Origin: a virus
Taxonomy: Duplodnaviria > Heunggongvirae > Uroviricota > Caudoviricetes
Length of the DNA: 64,000 nt
IMG/VR virus record: IMGVR_UViG_3300016667_000484
Location: 1-64,000 of that record
Strand: one strand, 5' to 3'
Position numbers and translations under genes: made by a program. The notes beneath the pieces are model-generated. The model saw only the letters and a program-made list of their open reading frames with translations, made no database searches and was not told where the DNA came from. This document shows positions 60,669 through 64,000 of the stretch, one piece after another (the first letter of the stretch is position 1; each line of letters starts with the position of its first letter).

Positions 60669-61643
60669 TTAGAATAGATCTTCTGCTGTAATTGCTTGGC
60701 CCTTTGAGTATTCAACAGGGCGTTTCTGGAAGAAGTCGGTCATGTTGGCGCCGAGCAGTTCTTCATCAAACCAGAATGATTTCTTCACGAGAGCTTCGTC
60801 GTATACGATAGCCGAGCTGTCAAAGCCAATTTGATCGATCGAGTCTTTCATGCGCTTAGCGATGAATGCTTTCAGGATAGACGCGTCGAGTCCAGGAACT
60901 GCGTAGTCACCCATGATCCAGTCGATAACCTTTGCTTCTGCTTTCAGCGAGTCGATGCACTCAGCTTCGATACGCTTCTGAAGCTCTTCATCAAACAGCT
61001 CAGGGTACTCTTCACGAAGAGTGTTGATGATCTTGATGCCGACTTGAGCATGGAGCATCTCTTCGTTACGAGTGTATTGAACCTGTTGAGCACAATCCTT
61101 CAACACAGCTTTGTTGCGATTGAAGTGCATGATGATGTAGAACTGTGAGAACAGTGATACGTTTTCAACGAACAACGTGAACAGAGTGATCGCATAAATG
61201 TATTGCTTCTTGTTGTCGTTCTTGTAAGCTTTGTTCAAGTACTTACGAAGGTAGTTGACTCGACCTTTGATCACCTCTTCGTTCAGGTTCTGTTCGAACA
61301 CGTGGGTCAGTTGAAGGACGTCGAGAAGCTTCTCATAAGCAAGGTTATGAATGACTTCCGAGTTTGCCATCGCGAACCCAAGGTCACGAAGCGAGGGATG
61401 AGGAAGATTGTCGCCCAGCTTCGCCCAGAAAGTCTTCACTGCGACTTCGATCTGGCCGATAGCCGACAGCGTTTTGACGATCACTTCTTGTTCTTGCGGG
61501 GTCAAATCGGTTTTGAACTGCGAGTAGTCTGATCGGAAGTTGAACTCATCGGGAGTCCAGAATCCTTGCCAGATCGCGTCGATGAACTGTTTGGTCCATG
61601 GATACAGATCGGGCTTTCGTGAAATTTGTTCTTCGAATAGCAT
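60669..61643 (-). CDS. nrdB: ribonucleotide reductase small subunit
   Basis: Ferritin-like di-iron ligand pattern with a C-terminal ...AITAEDLF tail. Confidence 0.9.
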   Translation of the reverse strand: MLFEEQISRKPDLYPWTKQFIDAIWQGFWTPDEFNFRSDYSQFKTDLTPQEQEVIVKTLSAIGQIEVAVKTFWAKLGDNLPHPSLRDLGFAMANSEVIHNLAYEKLLDVLQLTHVFEQNLNEEVIKGRVNYLRKYLNKAYKNDNKKQYIYAITLFTLFVENVSLFSQFYIIMHFNRNKAVLKDCAQQVQYTRNEEMLHAQVGIKIINTLREEYPELFDEELQKRIEAECIDSLKAEAKVIDWIMGDYAVPGLDASILKAFIAKRMKDSIDQIGFDSSAIVYDEALVKKSFWFDEELLGANMTDFFQKRPVEYSKGQAITAEDLF

Positions 61644-61659
61644 TTTTTCCTCTTTCTTC

Positions 61660-62526
61660 TTATACGGCCATCGGTGCTTTCAGCGAATCCATCGGCTCAT
61701 AGTCTAGTAACTCAAACTCTGAAGCGCGCAGTTCACGAATGGCGTGCACATCAAGTGACGTCAGTTCAGGCATCTTCAGTTTTGGTAATTTTCGCGGAGT
61801 TCGCTTGAGTTGTTCACGTACTACATCCTCATGAGTACTATATATATGGGCGTCGCCGATGGTATGTACCAAATAAGCCACTTCTAGCGAACAAATTTTT
61901 GCGATCATGTGAGTCAGCAGGGCGTACGACGCGATGTTGAACGGAACACCAAGAAACATGTCGGCTGAACGCTGATAAAGTTGGCAACTCAATTTACCAT
62001 TCATGACCCGGAACTGTGCCAATACGTGACAGGGAGGGAGTGCCATTTCGGAAAGTTGTAAAGGATTCCATGCCGAAAGGATAATTCTTCTTGAGTCAGG
62101 ATTGGTTCGTATCTGTTTGACGATTTCTTCGATCTGGTCGTAACCCTTTCTATTGAAGTCACGCCATTGGGCACCATAGACTGGCCCAAGAAGTTTGGTG
62201 AAGTCATCATTGTAGTGTCCAAGAGACTTCCCCTGAGCGTCGGCATTTGCTGTCCAAATCGTAGACTTATTGATGAGGTTGACTCGATGCTGTTCAAAAG
62301 TGATCTCAGCAAGTCTTCTTTCATCTGTAGAGCCCTCCAAAAACCAAAGTAGCTCGCCAACAACTGCTTTCCATGCGAGCTTCTTTGTCGTGACTGCAGG
62401 AAACCCTTCATTTAGATCAAACCTCATTTGATACCCAAAGACCGAACGAGTGCCTACACCAGTCCGATCGGTGCAGACTTCGCCATGGTCAAGGACGTAT
62501 TGAAGCGCTTCATGGTATTGCTTCAT
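61660..62526 (-). CDS. td: thymidylate synthase
   Basis: ThyA-type sequence (PPCHVLAQF ... ALLTHM). 288 aa. Confidence 0.9.
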   Translation of the reverse strand: MKQYHEALQYVLDHGEVCTDRTGVGTRSVFGYQMRFDLNEGFPAVTTKKLAWKAVVGELLWFLEGSTDERRLAEITFEQHRVNLINKSTIWTANADAQGKSLGHYNDDFTKLLGPVYGAQWRDFNRKGYDQIEEIVKQIRTNPDSRRIILSAWNPLQLSEMALPPCHVLAQFRVMNGKLSCQLYQRSADMFLGVPFNIASYALLTHMIAKICSLEVAYLVHTIGDAHIYSTHEDVVREQLKRTPRKLPKLKMPELTSLDVHAIRELRASEFELLDYEPMDSLKAPMAV

Positions 62527-63020
62527 AGTCTACTCCAAATACTAAACGAACAAAACTCAGATTGCTTGTCACCGGTCAGTTTCTGAAAGGGCTTGAGCAG
62601 AGACTTGTCGACAAATGTGTCACACCCGTAGGCCTGTTTGAACTTCGTCAGATACAAGTTGTTACAGAATGGAAGTGCTTGACGATAGATCTCACCTCCT
62701 CCGATGATCCATATCTTTTTCGTTGGGTACTCCATCTCAAGATTTTGTAGTACCTTGAGCATGTCATATTGGCCGACGTTGTAGACGATGTCAGGTTCAC
62801 CTTTGACGGACACAGTGTTTGTGCTCAAGACTACGTTAACACGGCCCTTGAGTTTGTTGTTGCCGAGAGAGTCCCATGTCTTGCGACCCATCACCACGAC
62901 ACCATCACGAGTGTTTTCTGCGAACCACTTCATGTCTTCCGGATTATGCGGCCACGGAAGCCCGCCGTTTTTTCCGATACCATTCTCAGTATCGCACGCT
63001 AAGATAGCATTGATTGTCAT
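62523..63020 (-). CDS. frd: dihydrofolate reductase
   Basis: INAILACDTENGIGKNGGLPW ... VVMGRKTWDSLG. Confidence 0.85.
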   Translation of the reverse strand: MTINAILACDTENGIGKNGGLPWPHNPEDMKWFAENTRDGVVVMGRKTWDSLGNNKLKGRVNVVLSTNTVSVKGEPDIVYNVGQYDMLKVLQNLEMEYPTKKIWIIGGGEIYRQALPFCNNLYLTKFKQAYGCDTFVDKSLLKPFQKLTGDKQSEFCSFSIWSRL

Positions 63021-63166
63021 GAATCACCTCATTGTTAAGCGCACTCTCTATGTATTAGCCATACTACCACATCGGGCGCAAGTGTCAACTTATAAATAGC
63101 CTTGGAACTACATATTGTAACACTTGACCTACACCATGATCTTACCATCAGAGAAAGGATAGGTCT

Positions 63167-63487
63167 ATGAAGATGGGACTTTTAGACATGTACAAATACC
63201 TGCCAGTTGTAGCGCTACTCGTCGGCATTGGAGTCGTGTTCTTCGCTGAAGACGTTTATCGCTATCCATGCCAAGACCCAGCGAATTGGTCTACACCTGA
63301 CTGCGAACCACCTATATGCACAGCTTCGGGTACGTGCACGTCAAATCTAATCACAATGGACGGATCACCAGTGACGTCCGAACAACTATCGGCGATGGTT
63401 CAAGAGATTGAAGCTGCTCAAGCTGCAGTCACGATTAAACCTCAAGTCGAATCAACTGATACGCCATTATATGAAGAGGTAAAATAA
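63167..63487 (+). CDS. membrane/secreted Cys-containing protein
   Basis: RBS gagaaagga. N-terminal transmembrane or signal segment. Confidence 0.5.
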   Translation: MKMGLLDMYKYLPVVALLVGIGVVFFAEDVYRYPCQDPANWSTPDCEPPICTASGTCTSNLITMDGSPVTSEQLSAMVQEIEAAQAAVTIKPQVESTDTPLYEEVK

Positions 63488-63765
63488 TGACTGCGAAGAA
63501 GGATACTATCGAAGAACTCAACGCTAAGCTTCGTTTCATCGTAGGTGTTTGCCTTGCATTCACGCTGACCGGAACGATCTTCGCGGTTCTTTACTCACTC
63601 ATTCATGTGACACAACCGATGTTTGTGTCTCCTAACGATCAGAAGTTCTTTGAACTGATTCAGCCGATCGCTACGTTCTTGACCGGTACGTTGTCGGGTA
63701 TCATGCTTTCAGGCACTGGAACTCGCTCTTCAAAGAAAGAAGACAAAGAAGACGAAGCGGCTTAA
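63487..63765 (+). CDS. membrane protein
   Basis: Two transmembrane helices. ATGA coupling with the upstream ORF. Confidence 0.5.
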   Translation: MTAKKDTIEELNAKLRFIVGVCLAFTLTGTIFAVLYSLIHVTQPMFVSPNDQKFFELIQPIATFLTGTLSGIMLSGTGTRSSKKEDKEDEAA

Positions 63766-64000
63766 GCTCGTCTCCACTCCGCTAACATGAGTCGACCAGA
63801 TAGACCTTCATAGGTGTTCTGGTCGATCATCAGCTCGATGTCTGCGGTTGTAAGCCCGCTGAGAACCATGTCGTTGATGTCTTTCACGTCAATCTTCGCA
63901 GGCCAGATACACACCTTGTATCCACGATCGAGCATCTTCTCCATACGACTCACGATCTCTTTGTTACGCGGTTCGTTGTCGAACACGAACACAGCGTTGT
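63762..64000 (-). CDS. C-terminal fragment of a Toprim/primase-like protein; the gene continues past the window end
   Basis: ...MFVFDNEPRNKEIVSRM contains a Toprim DxD-like FDNE motif. The ORF is open at the 3' window edge. Confidence 0.45.
   Translation of the reverse strand, partial: NAVFVFDNEPRNKEIVSRMEKMLDRGYKVCIWPAKIDVKDINDMVLSGLTTADIELMIDQNTYEGLSGRLMLAEWRRA

Overview
This window looks like part of a large virulent T4-like (myovirus-type) phage genome: no rRNA, integrase or transposase, many small early genes, host-type early promoters and T4-type TATAAATA late promoters. Four parts: (1) 1-31.9 kb is a minus-strand early/nucleotide-metabolism block. It holds a NADAR fragment, two metallophosphoesterases, an HD alarmone-hydrolase-like protein, a secreted DRGH endonuclease, two ATP-dependent RNA ligases (one RnlA-like), an ATP-dependent DNA ligase, a GYGD K+ channel with an RCK domain, an SPFH/NfeD-like pair, NAMPT (nadV) with an NMNAT-Nudix fusion (natV-like), a Thg1-like tRNA-His guanylyltransferase, an HD phosphohydrolase, a P-loop Pnk-like kinase, ClpP, two AAA+ ATPases, SLOG/DprA-like proteins and many small membrane or hypothetical ORFs. 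At least nine of these genes sit about 20-25 nt downstream of a highly conserved TTGACA-N17-TATATC promoter embedded in a longer shared motif. (2) 31.9-35.1 kb is a short plus-strand block of secreted and membrane proteins, including a 599-aa protein with about 13 tandem Cys-rich 20-aa repeats. (3) 36.1-56.3 kb is a very large minus-strand tRNA island. It has about 42 intact-looking tRNAs covering all 20 amino acids, several tRNA fragments and tRNA-like pseudogenes, GIY-YIG and HNH homing endonuclease genes each behind a TATAAATA late promoter, a vWA (Ro60/DUF2828-like) protein, Dps, and long structured non-coding stretches with recurring hairpins. (4) 59-63 kb carries nrdA (no ATP cone), nrdB, thymidylate synthase and DHFR. 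The most unusual observations are: a phage Thg1-like enzyme together with a tRNA-His that has A73 and no templated G-1; a complete set of five class-I (short variable arm) tRNAs carrying all leucine anticodons; an amber-suppressor-like tRNA (anticodon CUA); tRNA-like structures in the 5' leader of the Ro-like vWA gene; a two-ligase, kinase and phosphatase tRNA-repair set; and an nadV-natV NAD+ salvage pair. All coordinates and tRNA folds were worked out by hand from the sequence, so coordinates may be off by 1-3 nt and anticodon calls for the atypical tRNAs should be re-checked with tRNAscan-SE or ARAGORN.
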